NCBI GenBank assembly: GCA_965203275.1
Contig: OZ241865.1
Location: 2,304,001-2,368,000 of the forward strand
Length of the DNA: 64,000 nucleotides
Direction of reading: 5' to 3'
Origin: Bdellovibrionales bacterium
GTDB lineage: Bacteria; Bdellovibrionota; Bdellovibrionia; Bdellovibrionales; JAUICD01
In this document: in pieces, positions 10,323 through 20,293 of the stretch
Position numbering within the stretch: position 1 is the first letter of the stretch
Layout of the letters: every line of letters starts with the position of its first letter
The notes under the pieces: generated by a model
Told to the model about the DNA's origin: nothing
Databases searched by the model: none
What the model saw: only the letters and a program-made list of their open reading frames with translations
Made by a program: the position numbers and the translations under genes

Positions 10323-10680
10323 TTCGTTCGTTCTTGGGTAAGTCGCAAGGCGACTTACCTGTCATCCCTCTGTGTTCCTTCGTTCATCATCGTCACATAG
10401 GACCCTTACTTAGACTGCTCATTCATTTGTTTGTTGGGCAATCCGCAAGGCGGCTTGCCTGTCATTCCTCTGTGTTCCTTCGCTTATCATCGTCATATAG
10501 AACCCTTACTTAGACTGCTCATTCATTCTACTATTCGTTCGTTCTTGGGTAAGTCGCAAGGCGGCTTGCCTGTCATTCTCCTGTGTTCCTTCGTTCATCA
10601 TCGTCACATAGGACCCTTACTTAGACTGCTCATTTTGTGTTCCTTCGTTCATCATCGTCATATAGGACCTTTGCTCATTC
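10323..10680. repeat. Family B ~96-100-bp repeats, three full and one partial
   Basis: TTGGGYAA..CGCAAGGCG.CTTRCCTGTCAT...GTGTTCCTTCG.TYATCATCGTCAYATAG repeated. Confidence 0.92.
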
Positions 10681-10691
10681 TCATTTCATTT

Positions 10692-10898
10692 TTAAAATTG
10701 TAATCCCTTTTCACGAGCAGCATCTGCCAAGGACTTGATACGACCATGATATAAATAGCCACTGCGATCAAATTTGACAGATTTAATGTTTTTCTCTAAA
10801 GCTATTTGGGCTATTTTAAACCCAAGAGACTTAGCTGTCTCTTTATTATTTTTAGCTTCCTTAAGTGAGGAAGCAAAAGCTAATGTTTTTTTCATTTG
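10692..10898 (-). pseudogene. Duplicated 3' two-thirds of rplR
   Basis: Near-identical to 10999-11205 (offset 307 bp); lacks the 5' end. Confidence 0.9.
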
Positions 10899-10990
10899 TT
10901 TCTTGGGCAATCCTCAAAGAGGCTTGCCTGTCATTCTCCTGTGTTCCTTCGTTCATCATCGTCACATAGGACCCTTGCTTAGACTGCTCA
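10899..10990. repeat. Family B repeat, one unit
   Basis: Same unit as 10323-10680. Confidence 0.9.
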
Positions 10991-10998
10991 TTTCATTT

Positions 10999-11361
10999 TT
11001 AAAATTGTAATCCCTTTTCACGAGCAGCATCTGCCAAGGATTTGATACGACCATGATATAGATAGCCACTGCGGTCAAATTTGACAGATTTAATGTTTTT
11101 CTCTAAAGCTATTTGGGCTATTTTAAACCCAAGAGACTTAGCTGTCTCTTTATTATTTTTAGCTTCCTTAAGTGAGGAAGCAAAAGCTAATGTTTTTTTC
11201 ATTTGATCGTCAATAACTTGGGCATAAATGTATTTATTGGACCGAAATACAGCCAATCGAGGTCTTTCACTAGTACCCTCTAGCTTCTTTCTAATATGAA
11301 CTCGATTTTTTAACCGAGATATGACTTTTTTTGCAGTGGATTTATGTATTTGTAATCTCAT
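10999..11361 (-). CDS. rplR: 50S ribosomal protein uL18
   Basis: [41 protein letters not shown]. Confidence 0.97.
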   Translation of the reverse strand: MRLQIHKSTAKKVISRLKNRVHIRKKLEGTSERPRLAVFRSNKYIYAQVIDDQMKKTLAFASSLKEAKNNKETAKSLGFKIAQIALEKNIKSVKFDRSGYLYHGRIKSLADAAREKGLQF

Positions 11362-11446
11362 TTCTTTCCTTCTTTGGACAATTTGCTAAAACAACTGACT
11401 TGTCATTTTCTCACACCTATAAGCTTGCCTATCATAGAAAACCTGC

Positions 11447-11995
11447 TTACTTACTTCCTGTCTTCCCTGCTTTACGTTTGATCGTTTCATCTGAGTATTT
11501 AACTCCTTTGCCTAAGTAAGGCTCTGGTGGTCTAAAAGATCGTATCTTTGCTGCTAGTTGCCCTACGACTTGTTTATTTGATCCCTTAATATGTACAGTG
11601 GTTTGTTTGTCAACTTTCACTTCAATATTTGATGGTAACTTTAAAACAATAGGATGACTATAACCTAAACTTAATTCTAAAGCACTTCCTTTGACAGTGG
11701 CCCTATAACCTACACCTTTCATTTCCAATGTTTTTGTCCAACCATCTGTGACACCCTTGACAGCATTGTAAACCAAAGACCTATAAAGTCCATGCAGAGA
11801 TCGACTTGTCTTTGAATCATCTTTTCTAGTTAATAAAATAGCGTTATCTTTAATAGAAGCCGATATTGCAGGTTTCATACAAATCACTTGAGCCAATCCA
11901 GAGGCTCCTTTGATCTTGACCTCACGGCCATTATCAAGAATGTCTACTTGGATATTTGATCCAAACATAATCGGAAGTTTACCAATTCTAGACAT
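11447..11995 (-). CDS. rplF: 50S ribosomal protein uL6
   Basis: MSRIGKLPI, GVGYRA, RPPEPYLGKGVKY. Confidence 0.97.
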   Translation of the reverse strand: MSRIGKLPIMFGSNIQVDILDNGREVKIKGASGLAQVICMKPAISASIKDNAILLTRKDDSKTSRSLHGLYRSLVYNAVKGVTDGWTKTLEMKGVGYRATVKGSALELSLGYSHPIVLKLPSNIEVKVDKQTTVHIKGSNKQVVGQLAAKIRSFRPPEPYLGKGVKYSDETIKRKAGKTGSK

Positions 11996-12009
11996 CATCT
12001 AAACCCTTT

Positions 12010-12410
12010 GTTTGTTCGTTCTTGGGTAAGTCGCAAGGCGACTTACCTGTCATTATCCTGTGTTCCTTCGTTCATCATCGTCATATAGGACCCTTGCTTA
12101 GACTGCTCATTTGTTTCTTGGGCAATCCGCAAGGCGGCTTGCCTGTCATTCTTTTGTATTCCTTCGTCCATCATCGTCATATAGGACATTTGCTCAAACT
12201 GCTCATTCATTTGTTCTTGGGCAATCCGCAGGGTGGCTTGCCTGTCATTCTTTTGTGTTCCTTCGCTTATCATCGTCACATAGGACCCTTGCTTAGACTG
12301 CTCATTTGTTTCTTGGGCAATCCGCAGGGTGGCTTGCCTGTCATTCTTTTGTGTTCCTTCGCCTATCATCGTCATATAGGACCCTTGCGTTCGTCGTTGG
12401 GCAATCCGCA
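12010..12410. repeat. Family B repeats, four full and one partial
   Basis: Tandem 96-99-bp units between rpsH and rplF. Confidence 0.92.
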
Positions 12411-12422
12411 GTTAGTTTATTT

Positions 12423-12806
12423 TTACCAAACTTGAATGAGGACCTCTCCGCCCACGTTATGCTTTTTAGCTTCTTCCCCTGACATCACGCCTTTACTCGT
12501 ACTTAAAATTGAAAGCCCATAACCTGATCGCACCTGAGGTATTTGTTCTACGCCTACATATTTTCTCAAACTTGGTTTACTCACTAAACGGATAGTATTT
12601 ATTAAAGGCTTTTGTTGCTGTGTGTACTTAAGATCAATCTGTAAAACATCCTGCTTAGAATCTTTATAAACCATAAAGTTTTTGATAAAACCATTTTTCT
12701 TTAAAACAACAGCAATAGCTTTCTTTATATGTGAGTATGGTACATCTACTTGAGTGTGATTTGCCATTTGGGCATTTCTTATACGGGTAATAAAATCAGC
12801 AATCAT
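12423..12806 (-). CDS. rpsH: 30S ribosomal protein uS8
   Basis: IADFITRIRNA, SKPSLRKY, ILSTSKGVM, GGEVL. Confidence 0.97.
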   Translation of the reverse strand: MIADFITRIRNAQMANHTQVDVPYSHIKKAIAVVLKKNGFIKNFMVYKDSKQDVLQIDLKYTQQQKPLINTIRLVSKPSLRKYVGVEQIPQVRSGYGLSILSTSKGVMSGEEAKKHNVGGEVLIQVW

Positions 12807-12830
12807 TGATTGAACTCCTTTTAATCTGTA

Positions 12831-13016
12831 TTACCAACTAGCTTTGATCACTCCAGGAATTAAACCATTACCTGCTCTCTGTCTGAAGCAAATACGGCAC
12901 ATTGCAAATTTTCGCATATAGCTACGTGGCCTTCCACAAATAAGACAACGATTATATTTTCTGACTTTAAATCTTGGCTTTTTTTGAGCCTTAGCAATCA
13001 TTGCTTTTTTAGCCAT
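12831..13016 (-). CDS. rpsN: 30S ribosomal protein uS14, short zinc-binding type
   Basis: 61 aa, [25 protein letters not shown]. Confidence 0.97.
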   Translation of the reverse strand: MAKKAMIAKAQKKPRFKVRKYNRCLICGRPRSYMRKFAMCRICFRQRAGNGLIPGVIKASW

Positions 13017-13046
13017 ATCTCTACTTTTTCCTTTTAGGCTTTCTGT

Positions 13047-13180
13047 TCATTCGTTCGTTCTTGGGCAATCCTCAAAGAGGCTTGCCTGTCATTCTCCTGT
13101 GTTCCTTCGCCCATCATCGTCATATAGGACCTTTGCTTTTGATTTGTTCTTGGGCAATCCTCAAAGAGGCTTGCCTGTTA
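13047..13180. repeat. Family B repeats, one full and one partial
   Basis: Same unit, between rplE and rpsN. Confidence 0.88.
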
Positions 13181-13183
13181 TTG

Positions 13184-13729
13184 TTATTTCTTCTTAAAAG
13201 GCATGCCCAGAGAATCCAATAAAGCTAATCCTTCTTTATTTGTTTTTGCTGATGTGCAAATAGAAATATTCATCCCTCTAATCTGATCAATTTTATCATA
13301 ATTAATTTCAGGGAAAACAATTTGCTCTCTAAGTCCCATATTAAAATTGCCTCTGCCATCAAAGCCTTGTGGGGAAATACCTCTAAAGTCCCTTACACGT
13401 GGAAGAGCTAAACAAATTAAACGATCTAAAAAAGCCCACATTTTTTCCCTTCTCAGAGTGACATAAGCCCCTAATGCCATACCTTTCCTTAATTTAAAAT
13501 TAGCAATAGCTTTTTTTGCCCTCGCTGTGCAAGCTTTTTGTCCTGTCACTTGAGCTAGTTCTGCTTCTATCACATTGACAATTTTAGAATTTTTAACAGC
13601 TTCTTTGCCAGCACACACACTCACTACAATTTTTTTAAGCTTAGGTACCTGCATAACAGAGCCACAAGCAAGTTGCTCCTTAAGCTTTAATTTAACTTCT
13701 GAATGATACTTTTTTTGTAGTCTTTGCAT
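13184..13729 (-). CDS. rplE: 50S ribosomal protein uL5
   Basis: LPRVRDFRG, FDGRGN, EQIVFPEI. Confidence 0.98.
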   Translation of the reverse strand: MQRLQKKYHSEVKLKLKEQLACGSVMQVPKLKKIVVSVCAGKEAVKNSKIVNVIEAELAQVTGQKACTARAKKAIANFKLRKGMALGAYVTLRREKMWAFLDRLICLALPRVRDFRGISPQGFDGRGNFNMGLREQIVFPEINYDKIDQIRGMNISICTSAKTNKEGLALLDSLGMPFKKK

Positions 13730-13763
13730 TGTTTCCCTTACATGTTCCCTTTTTATGTTATGT

Positions 13764-13793
13764 ATTATGATATAGCCCTATATGAAGAGTCAA
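13764..13793 (-). promoter_or_regulatory. Possible sigma70 promoter for the rplE half-operon
   Basis: TTGACT-N18-CATAAT ending 35 bp upstream of the rplE start; AT-rich background. Confidence 0.4.
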
Positions 13794-13875
13794 GATACTT
13801 TTAAAAAGTATAAAAAACCAATTTATATCACTTTATAAAAGGAGTCAAGAAAGCCATTTAAATCATAACAAATAC

Positions 13876-13907
13876 AAAAAGGCAAGCAAATTTTGCTTAC
13901 CCTTTTT
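13876..13907 (-). terminator. Intrinsic terminator downstream of the lipoprotein pseudogene
   Basis: Minus-strand GGTAAGCAAAATTTGCTTGCC hairpin followed by TTTTT. Confidence 0.6.
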
Positions 13908-13938
13908 GTTCAAACAACTCAATATTAAAATATTATTT

Positions 13939-14567
13939 CTATTTTGCTTCTTCCGGATTGGCCTGATTGGTATTATTGTTATCATCATTGGTAGCTTCTT
14001 GAGGATTGTCCTGAGCGTCTCCATTATCACCTTCTGCTTCATCTATTTCAGCAGGGAAATTACGTACCACTTCCGAATTATCTTCATCTGTGATCTGATC
14101 TAGTAAATCCTGTGGTAGGACTCCTCCTTGAGGATTATTGTTTCGAAAGGCTTCAATAGCATCTAATACATCTTCATTAACTACTTTATAAAGTGTAAGA
14201 TGGCCTGTTTCTTCACTTTCTCTTTCGCCTATAAGAACAAATCCTTCTTCAACTGCTACCTCATCTTCAGTCTCTTCTACTGGAGGGGTTGCTCCATCTG
14301 AAGTATCTGCTACTGGACTGGATCAGGTTTAGTAACATCGCTATAAAAATAAACTGCCGTTTGATCATTATCTGCAACATCATGTCTTATATTAAAATTA
14401 TAATCAACGTCAACTGTCGTATTCGTATATGTATAACCTTTATCGTTGGTATTGTTTTTTAATTTATGTTCTGTTCCATTTTGTTTGTTAGGCTTACCAC
14501 AACCTATTAAAAATATTGTAGTTAAAGCCGTTGTAAATAACAGTGTATTTTTAAGTGCGTTTTTCAT
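13939..14567 (-). pseudogene. Acidic lipoprotein frameshifted by a 5-bp duplication
   Basis: Lipobox FLIGC; ACTGG duplicated at 14312-14321; removing one copy gives a continuous 207-aa ORF to TAG at 13939. Confidence 0.75.
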
Positions 14568-14796
14568 TTTAACCCCCTCTAATGGTTTTAATTATTTTTA
14601 TTAATGACTTTTTTAAAGCTTATCTTTAAGGATAAAAAAATAAAAAATACTTTGTCTATTGTTTTTTATTTTTTACCTATATATTATTATTACATAAGTT
14701 TAAGGTCTAAATTGTCAAACCTCATATCTTTAGTCCTGACTTTAGGTATAACGCACCGCATCAACGCCCCTTTTATTTAAGTAAAATGAAATAACT

Positions 14797-16146
14797 ATGA
14801 AGATAAAAAAAGGAGAAAATGATCTGGAAAATAAATATAGTTTTCAAGAAATACAAAATTTAATGAACCAACGCAATCTTATGCCTTGCAAGCTACCTAC
14901 ACTTAAGGCTATGCAAAGAGGATTTGATCATCTCATACAAAATAATCCATCTATATCTTCTAATTTAACAAAATCAAAAGTTATTTTAATTGCAGGGACA
15001 AATGGCAAAGGCACAGTTGCAAAAACTTTACAAACCCTTCTGACTGAAAATAATCAATACGTAGGTCTTTTTACTTCACCACACCTTATGTCTATTTGTG
15101 AAAGCATACAAATTGACGGACAACCTCTTAGTGAAGATTTGTTTGTTAAATGTTTCCACTTGCTTTTTGATATTTATCAAAAGTGGCATTTAAGTCATTT
15201 TGAAATGCTTACATTAATGACTACAGAGTTATTTTTTGGTCATCGTATTTCACCCTCTGTTAAATATGCTATTTTTGAAGTAGGTATGGGAGGTAAGTTA
15301 GATGCTACAAACGTTATTCCACATGACTTATCTATCATTACACAAATAAGTTATGATCACCAACATTTATTAGGATATAACTTAGAAGATATTGCAAAAC
15401 ATAAGTTAGGTATTATTTCCAAAAACAATCAAGTGGTTGCTGCTAGCTGTTTTTGGCAAAATCCTCGATTGGCTTCTCTTAAAAAAAACATACAAAAACA
15501 AACACAATCTCAATGGCATACAGTTGATTCTTTCAGTTATCAAACTCAGTACTCTCCACCAGAAGGTTTTATTTCTATCTATGGTCAAAAGCAGAAGATG
15601 GGTTTATTAGGAAGAAGATCTGCTGAAAATACAGCTATGGCATTAAAGGCTTATCAGTTATTAGGTTTTAACCCACAAGCCCATTTGAAAACTCTTGCTA
15701 AGGTGCAGTGGAAAGGACGCATGCATCAAGAAAACATAACTTTCTGCCCTTGCTCTGTTTATTTTTCAGGAGATCATAATAAGCAAGGTATTGAAAGCTT
15801 GATTGAAATTTTAAAAGACTTTCATTACAAAAATATTTATTTTTTAGTCAGTGTGGGGCAAGCAAAAGATCCAGAAGATATTTTGTCAGACCTTTTCAAT
15901 GTTAAGAATGCATTTATTTATTTAACAACAGCCCATTTTAGAGGAATGCAAAAATCTGAATATAGACAGTGGCTTTCAAAGGTTTCTGGTTATATTGCAA
16001 AACCACAAGAAGCTTTTTTGCAGATATGTAAAAAATGTCAAAAAGATGATTTGTTTGTTGTAACAGGTTCTCTTTATTTAGTAGGAGAACTCATGTCTTA
16101 TCTCAAGTCAAAGGAATCTATTCCAAGTGGATGTGAATCTAAATAA
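14797..16146 (+). CDS. folC: Folylpolyglutamate synthase/dihydrofolate synthase
   Basis: IAGTNGKG, FTSPHL, EVGMGGKLDATN, TGSLYLVG. Confidence 0.93.
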   Translation: MKIKKGENDLENKYSFQEIQNLMNQRNLMPCKLPTLKAMQRGFDHLIQNNPSISSNLTKSKVILIAGTNGKGTVAKTLQTLLTENNQYVGLFTSPHLMSICESIQIDGQPLSEDLFVKCFHLLFDIYQKWHLSHFEMLTLMTTELFFGHRISPSVKYAIFEVGMGGKLDATNVIPHDLSIITQISYDHQHLLGYNLEDIAKHKLGIISKNNQVVAASCFWQNPRLASLKKNIQKQTQSQWHTVDSFSYQTQYSPPEGFISIYGQKQKMGLLGRRSAENTAMALKAYQLLGFNPQAHLKTLAKVQWKGRMHQENITFCPCSVYFSGDHNKQGIESLIEILKDFHYKNIYFLVSVGQAKDPEDILSDLFNVKNAFIYLTTAHFRGMQKSEYRQWLSKVSGYIAKPQEAFLQICKKCQKDDLFVVTGSLYLVGELMSYLKSKESIPSGCESK

Positions 16147-19100
16147 ATAATAAATAATTTAATTTTTTGTTGTGGATATTTTTCAGCTAAAGCTTCCCCA
16201 TAATATCTTAACTGCTTGCGTTCTTTTTGATGATCCGTCTTCTGGCCTGTCTTATAATCCACAATGTAAAGCACATCTCCTATAATACCCCATAGATCAA
16301 TCTTCCCTTCAATAATTTGCTTCTCCGAATGGTGATAGTGTAAAAAAGACCACTCTGAATACCCTTTCATTAAAAGTTGTTTGATAGGAGGTTCCTCTAA
16401 AGATAATAAAGATACAATAGATTGAATGATCTGCTGATGTGTGTTCTTTTGAAAATAACATGAAAAGTGTTTCTCAATGATGTCTTGTGGCTTTTCTTCT
16501 ATAAAGTGTGGATTTAAACAAAATGCTTGAAGTAATCTATGAAAAGCACTGCCTAAGTGCATTTTTTCTACCTTTTTTAAAAGCATATATTTGTTACTTT
16601 TTTGTTTTGTTAGCTCTACTGATGGTTTTTTCTCTTGGAGTAGCTCTGTCACACTCATTCGCTGTATATTTGTTTTGTGATCGAGATCTAGTTGTAATTT
16701 TTCTTTGGTGGATTGACTTTCTGCATTTTGTTTTATATTCAAAGGAGGCATTTGACCATCAAAATCTTTGATTGCATAGCTATAATGCGTACAGATTTGT
16801 TTCCCTATAATTTCTGGAGGTATCCACAAATGACATTTGCTACGATCTTGCCAACTATCTTTGGCAATCTTCTGACTGTGACAAAAAAGATGAACTGACT
16901 TTTTAGCTCTTGTCATAGCTACATACAATAACCTGTCGGATTCCATTTGTTCTCTTTTTTTGATCTCCTCTACTGCAAGATCACCTAATAAAGAGTGTTT
17001 TTTTGTGTCATCTTTATTTTTAAGGCCGATGCCCCATAAATGATCACGTTGTGATCCCTCTCTTTCTAAAACAAAAAAAGGCTTTGCTGTAGTTGTGTAC
17101 TCAGGAGCTTCATTGACATGAGGGATTAAGACATGTTGAAATTCTAAACCTTTTGATTTATGCACTGTCATCAATTGCAAGCGATGGGATTGTAAGGAAG
17201 GTACAGCATCAGATTGCAAGTCATTAGGGGATAAAAAATCTAAAGTAAACTTTAAATAGTTAAACCCTGGTTGTTGTTCTTCTGATTGTATTTGTATAAA
17301 GTACTTCCAAATATGAGCTTCAAGATCACCTGAGCCATCATACATCTTACAAAAATCAATCATACCTAAACTTATGCAAGCTTTTTTAAGAGCTTCAGTT
17401 ATGCCTAGTGTATCGGCATCTTGAATCCATTTTTTTAACTTTGTTTTTAAAGATTCCCAATCTTGATTTTGCAAAGATAAAAGTGTTTGCCAAAGAGAAT
17501 TTAGCTTTTTGTTTTGATATTCATTCATTAAAATATGAAGGTCTGATATAGATAGTCTAATCCAAATAGACCTTAAAACCTCTATTAAATTCAAATCATT
17601 GTAAGGATTGAGGATAAATTTTAAAATGTTATTAATGGACCTTATATATTTAGGAGGAGTTTTTTCTGATGTGAATAAATGATAAGGAATAGAATATTGT
17701 GTCAGCTTTTTAGCTATGCGAGAAAGATGGTGATTCTTTCTACAAATAATAGATATGTCAGAGTAAGAAGCTCCTTTGTTTAACAATTCAATCACCTCTG
17801 CTACCACTCCTTGATCGTGTATTTCATTTTTATTGTGTCTTATGTTGTATTTTGAGGATTCTTTAGAAGTATCAAAGGTTTGTGTGTCTTGATAGCGGGT
17901 GAATAAAGCCACAGGGTGAATCGTTTGAAAGTCTAAAGATTTTGGTTTGATCACTGCAAAAGGACTTTGCATATTTTGAAAGAAATCATTAAAAAAACAA
18001 ACAAGACTTGGTTGAGCTCTGTAGTTTGTATCAAGTTTTTGTGTGTTTTGTATGGACTTTTGTTTATCTTCAAAAACTTCAGATCTTGCTCCTCTGAAAA
18101 GATAAATACTTTGTTGAGGATCTCCTACGATAAATTCTTGGGAGGAACCCTTCAAATGATTTAAAATTTTTGCTTGTATAGGTGTAGTGTCTTGATATTC
18201 GTCAATCAGCCAATAATCCCATTCTTTAGAAAAAGATTGAATAGTGTTAGGATGGTTTTTTAAAATTTTTAATATGACAAACTCTAAGTCTCTTATGGAC
18301 ATCAACCCATGGGCTTGTTTGACACTTTCAAAAACAAGGACAAACTGTTGAGCTAAATGATCAAAAAGTGAAAAATATTCAGCATATTGTTTTAAGTATT
18401 TTGTCTGATAAAGATGTTCTTTTTCAAAAAAGCTTTTCCAATCTTTGAATGCAGGTATTTTGAAATATTTTTTTGTATCTTTATGTGCTTTAAGGCTATC
18501 AAAGTTTTTATTAATAAATTTTAGAGAGTCTAAAAGAGTTTCATAAGATTGATTTTGAGTTTCATCAGAGTTATTAAAATATTGATGAAGATGAGAACTT
18601 ATGTTGAGGTTTTTGTAAAAATCAAGACAATACAAGTTCTGCCAGAGGCTTTTGATTTTATGGATGTTCATAGCTATAAGGTCTTCTGTGGATGGTGGTT
18701 TAAGATTTTGAAAAGTATAAAAAGATGATAAGTAATACAAACAGAGAGATTGCATTTGTGAAAAACTGTAATGATCAAATAACTTTTGATACTCTGCATT
18801 TTTTTTAATTAAATTTCTTAAAGTATTTAAGGCCCATTTTTTATTATTTGTAGATTCTATGATCTGAAAGCCAGGGTCATATCCTGTTTCAAAAGCATAT
18901 TGTTTTAAAAATAAGGATAATAAACCATCAATTGTAGAAACATGTATTTGACGCGTAAGGATAAAATCTTTTAAAAAATCAAATTGATTTTGAGAGTGTT
19001 TTGAATGAGAAATTTCTTGAATAGCTCTAAGGATGAGGCGTTCTTTAAGCTCTTGTGTGGCCTTTCTAGTAAAAGTTGTGACAATAACTCTGGGCCAGCG

Positions 19101-19211
19101 TTCATTTTGTTGATAAAAATGAAAAGCATAGTTTTGGATTTGTTGAATCAATTGAGTTGTTTTGCCTGCACCTGCCCCTGCTCTATAAATAGCAGATTGA
19201 TTAAGATTCAT
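16098..19211 (-). CDS. addA: AddA/RecB-like UvrD helicase with C-terminal PD-(D/E)xK nuclease
   Basis: AGAGAGKT, TFTRKATQELKERL, DEYQDT, VGDPQQSIYLFRGA, YVAMTRAK, GKIDL...VDYKTG. Confidence 0.85.
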   Translation of the reverse strand: MNLNQSAIYRAGAGAGKTTQLIQQIQNYAFHFYQQNERWPRVIVTTFTRKATQELKERLILRAIQEISHSKHSQNQFDFLKDFILTRQIHVSTIDGLLSLFLKQYAFETGYDPGFQIIESTNNKKWALNTLRNLIKKNAEYQKLFDHYSFSQMQSLCLYYLSSFYTFQNLKPPSTEDLIAMNIHKIKSLWQNLYCLDFYKNLNISSHLHQYFNNSDETQNQSYETLLDSLKFINKNFDSLKAHKDTKKYFKIPAFKDWKSFFEKEHLYQTKYLKQYAEYFSLFDHLAQQFVLVFESVKQAHGLMSIRDLEFVILKILKNHPNTIQSFSKEWDYWLIDEYQDTTPIQAKILNHLKGSSQEFIVGDPQQSIYLFRGARSEVFEDKQKSIQNTQKLDTNYRAQPSLVCFFNDFFQNMQSPFAVIKPKSLDFQTIHPVALFTRYQDTQTFDTSKESSKYNIRHNKNEIHDQGVVAEVIELLNKGASYSDISIICRKNHHLSRIAKKLTQYSIPYHLFTSEKTPPKYIRSINNILKFILNPYNDLNLIEVLRSIWIRLSISDLHILMNEYQNKKLNSLWQTLLSLQNQDWESLKTKLKKWIQDADTLGITEALKKACISLGMIDFCKMYDGSGDLEAHIWKYFIQIQSEEQQPGFNYLKFTLDFLSPNDLQSDAVPSLQSHRLQLMTVHKSKGLEFQHVLIPHVNEAPEYTTTAKPFFVLEREGSQRDHLWGIGLKNKDDTKKHSLLGDLAVEEIKKREQMESDRLLYVAMTRAKKSVHLFCHSQKIAKDSWQDRSKCHLWIPPEIIGKQICTHYSYAIKDFDGQMPPLNIKQNAESQSTKEKLQLDLDHKTNIQRMSVTELLQEKKPSVELTKQKSNKYMLLKKVEKMHLGSAFHRLLQAFCLNPHFIEEKPQDIIEKHFSCYFQKNTHQQIIQSIVSLLSLEEPPIKQLLMKGYSEWSFLHYHHSEKQIIEGKIDLWGIIGDVLYIVDYKTGQKTDHQKERKQLRYYGEALAEKYPQQKIKLFIIYLDSHPLGIDSFDLR

Positions 19212-19374
19212 AAAAGTACCTCTTTGTTGGAATCGTGATGGCTTTGACTTGCTTGTTATAGTATCTTTTGATAAATTTTACAATACTAACGTTTTATATC
19301 TTTTAACAATTTTGAGGTAAATTAAAACAACCCCATATAAAACAAGTTATTTACTTAAGTTATTATTGTTTTAG

Positions 19375-20271
19375 GTGAGCAGGCCCATGCAACATATACA
19401 CAATACATTTTTTCAACAAGTTCATCATCAGACAAGTTGTGTTTCAAGACAAACCAATACAGATATTTTAAAATGGCTAGATAAAATCTATTGTGGTGAT
19501 TGTTTGGAAGTCATGCAAAAGATACCAGCAGATTCCATAGATTTGATTGTCACATCACCACCATACGCAGATGCCCGTAAGCACACTTATGGTGGCATTC
19601 TCCCAGATCGATACACACAATGGTTTTGCCAGAGAGCAAAGCAGATGTTAAGGATTTTAAAACCTACAGGTTCCTTTGTGTTGAATATTAAAGAGAAGGC
19701 CATTGATGGAGAACGTCACCCTTATGTATTAGAGTTAATTCTTGCACTTAAGAAACAAGTAGGGTTTAGATGGGTAGAAGAGTACATTTGGCATAAAACA
19801 ACATCTGCTCCTGGAAAATGGAAGTATCGTTTTAGGGATTCTTGGGAACGCATTTTACATTTTTCAAAAACAAAAAACATTAAAATGAGACAGGAGGCTG
19901 TTAAAATTCCTGTTGGTGATTGGACGAAGCAACGATTAAAAAATATGAGTCAGCGAGATTTGCTACGTCAAAATTCAGCTACCAATAGTAAAATGGGACG
20001 GCGGATTGCAGCTTGGAAGGGAAAGAAGTTAGTTTATCCAAGTAATGTTTTGCATCGCCCTCCTGTGTGCCACAATACAGGTCATAGTGCAGCTTTCCCT
20101 AAATGGTTACCAGAATTTTTTATTTTGTTGTTTACTGATCCTCAAGATATTGTACTGGATCCTTTTCTGGGGAGTGGTACAACATATCTAGTAGCTAAGA
20201 GATTAAATCGCAGACCTATTGGTATTGAGATCAATAAACTCTACATTGAAAAAATATCAGAGGATATTTAG
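19375..20271 (+). CDS. DNA methyltransferase, N4C/N6A, beta-class motif order
   Basis: IVTSPPY before HSAAFP and DPFLGSGTT; start uncertain. Confidence 0.9.
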   Translation: MSRPMQHIHNTFFQQVHHQTSCVSRQTNTDILKWLDKIYCGDCLEVMQKIPADSIDLIVTSPPYADARKHTYGGILPDRYTQWFCQRAKQMLRILKPTGSFVLNIKEKAIDGERHPYVLELILALKKQVGFRWVEEYIWHKTTSAPGKWKYRFRDSWERILHFSKTKNIKMRQEAVKIPVGDWTKQRLKNMSQRDLLRQNSATNSKMGRRIAAWKGKKLVYPSNVLHRPPVCHNTGHSAAFPKWLPEFFILLFTDPQDIVLDPFLGSGTTYLVAKRLNRRPIGIEINKLYIEKISEDI

Positions 20272-20293
20272 TGAAAATCAAAATAACCCCCCA

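Noticed and set aside
10692..10910. 72-aa ORF as a second functional uL18
   Set aside because: It lacks the N-terminal ~50 aa and its start comes from repeat sequence.
10323..12410. Family B arrays as CRISPR
   Set aside because: The whole ~96-bp unit repeats with no repeat-spacer alternation.
12022..12435. ORFs 12043-12375 (minus) and 12022-12435 (plus) encoding 32-33-aa repeats
   Set aside because: They follow from a unit length divisible by three. Other copies break frame and substitutions track base pairing. Translation is not strictly excluded.
16098..16146. Convergent folC/addA overlap
   Set aside because: Short 3' overlaps are common and carry no further signal.
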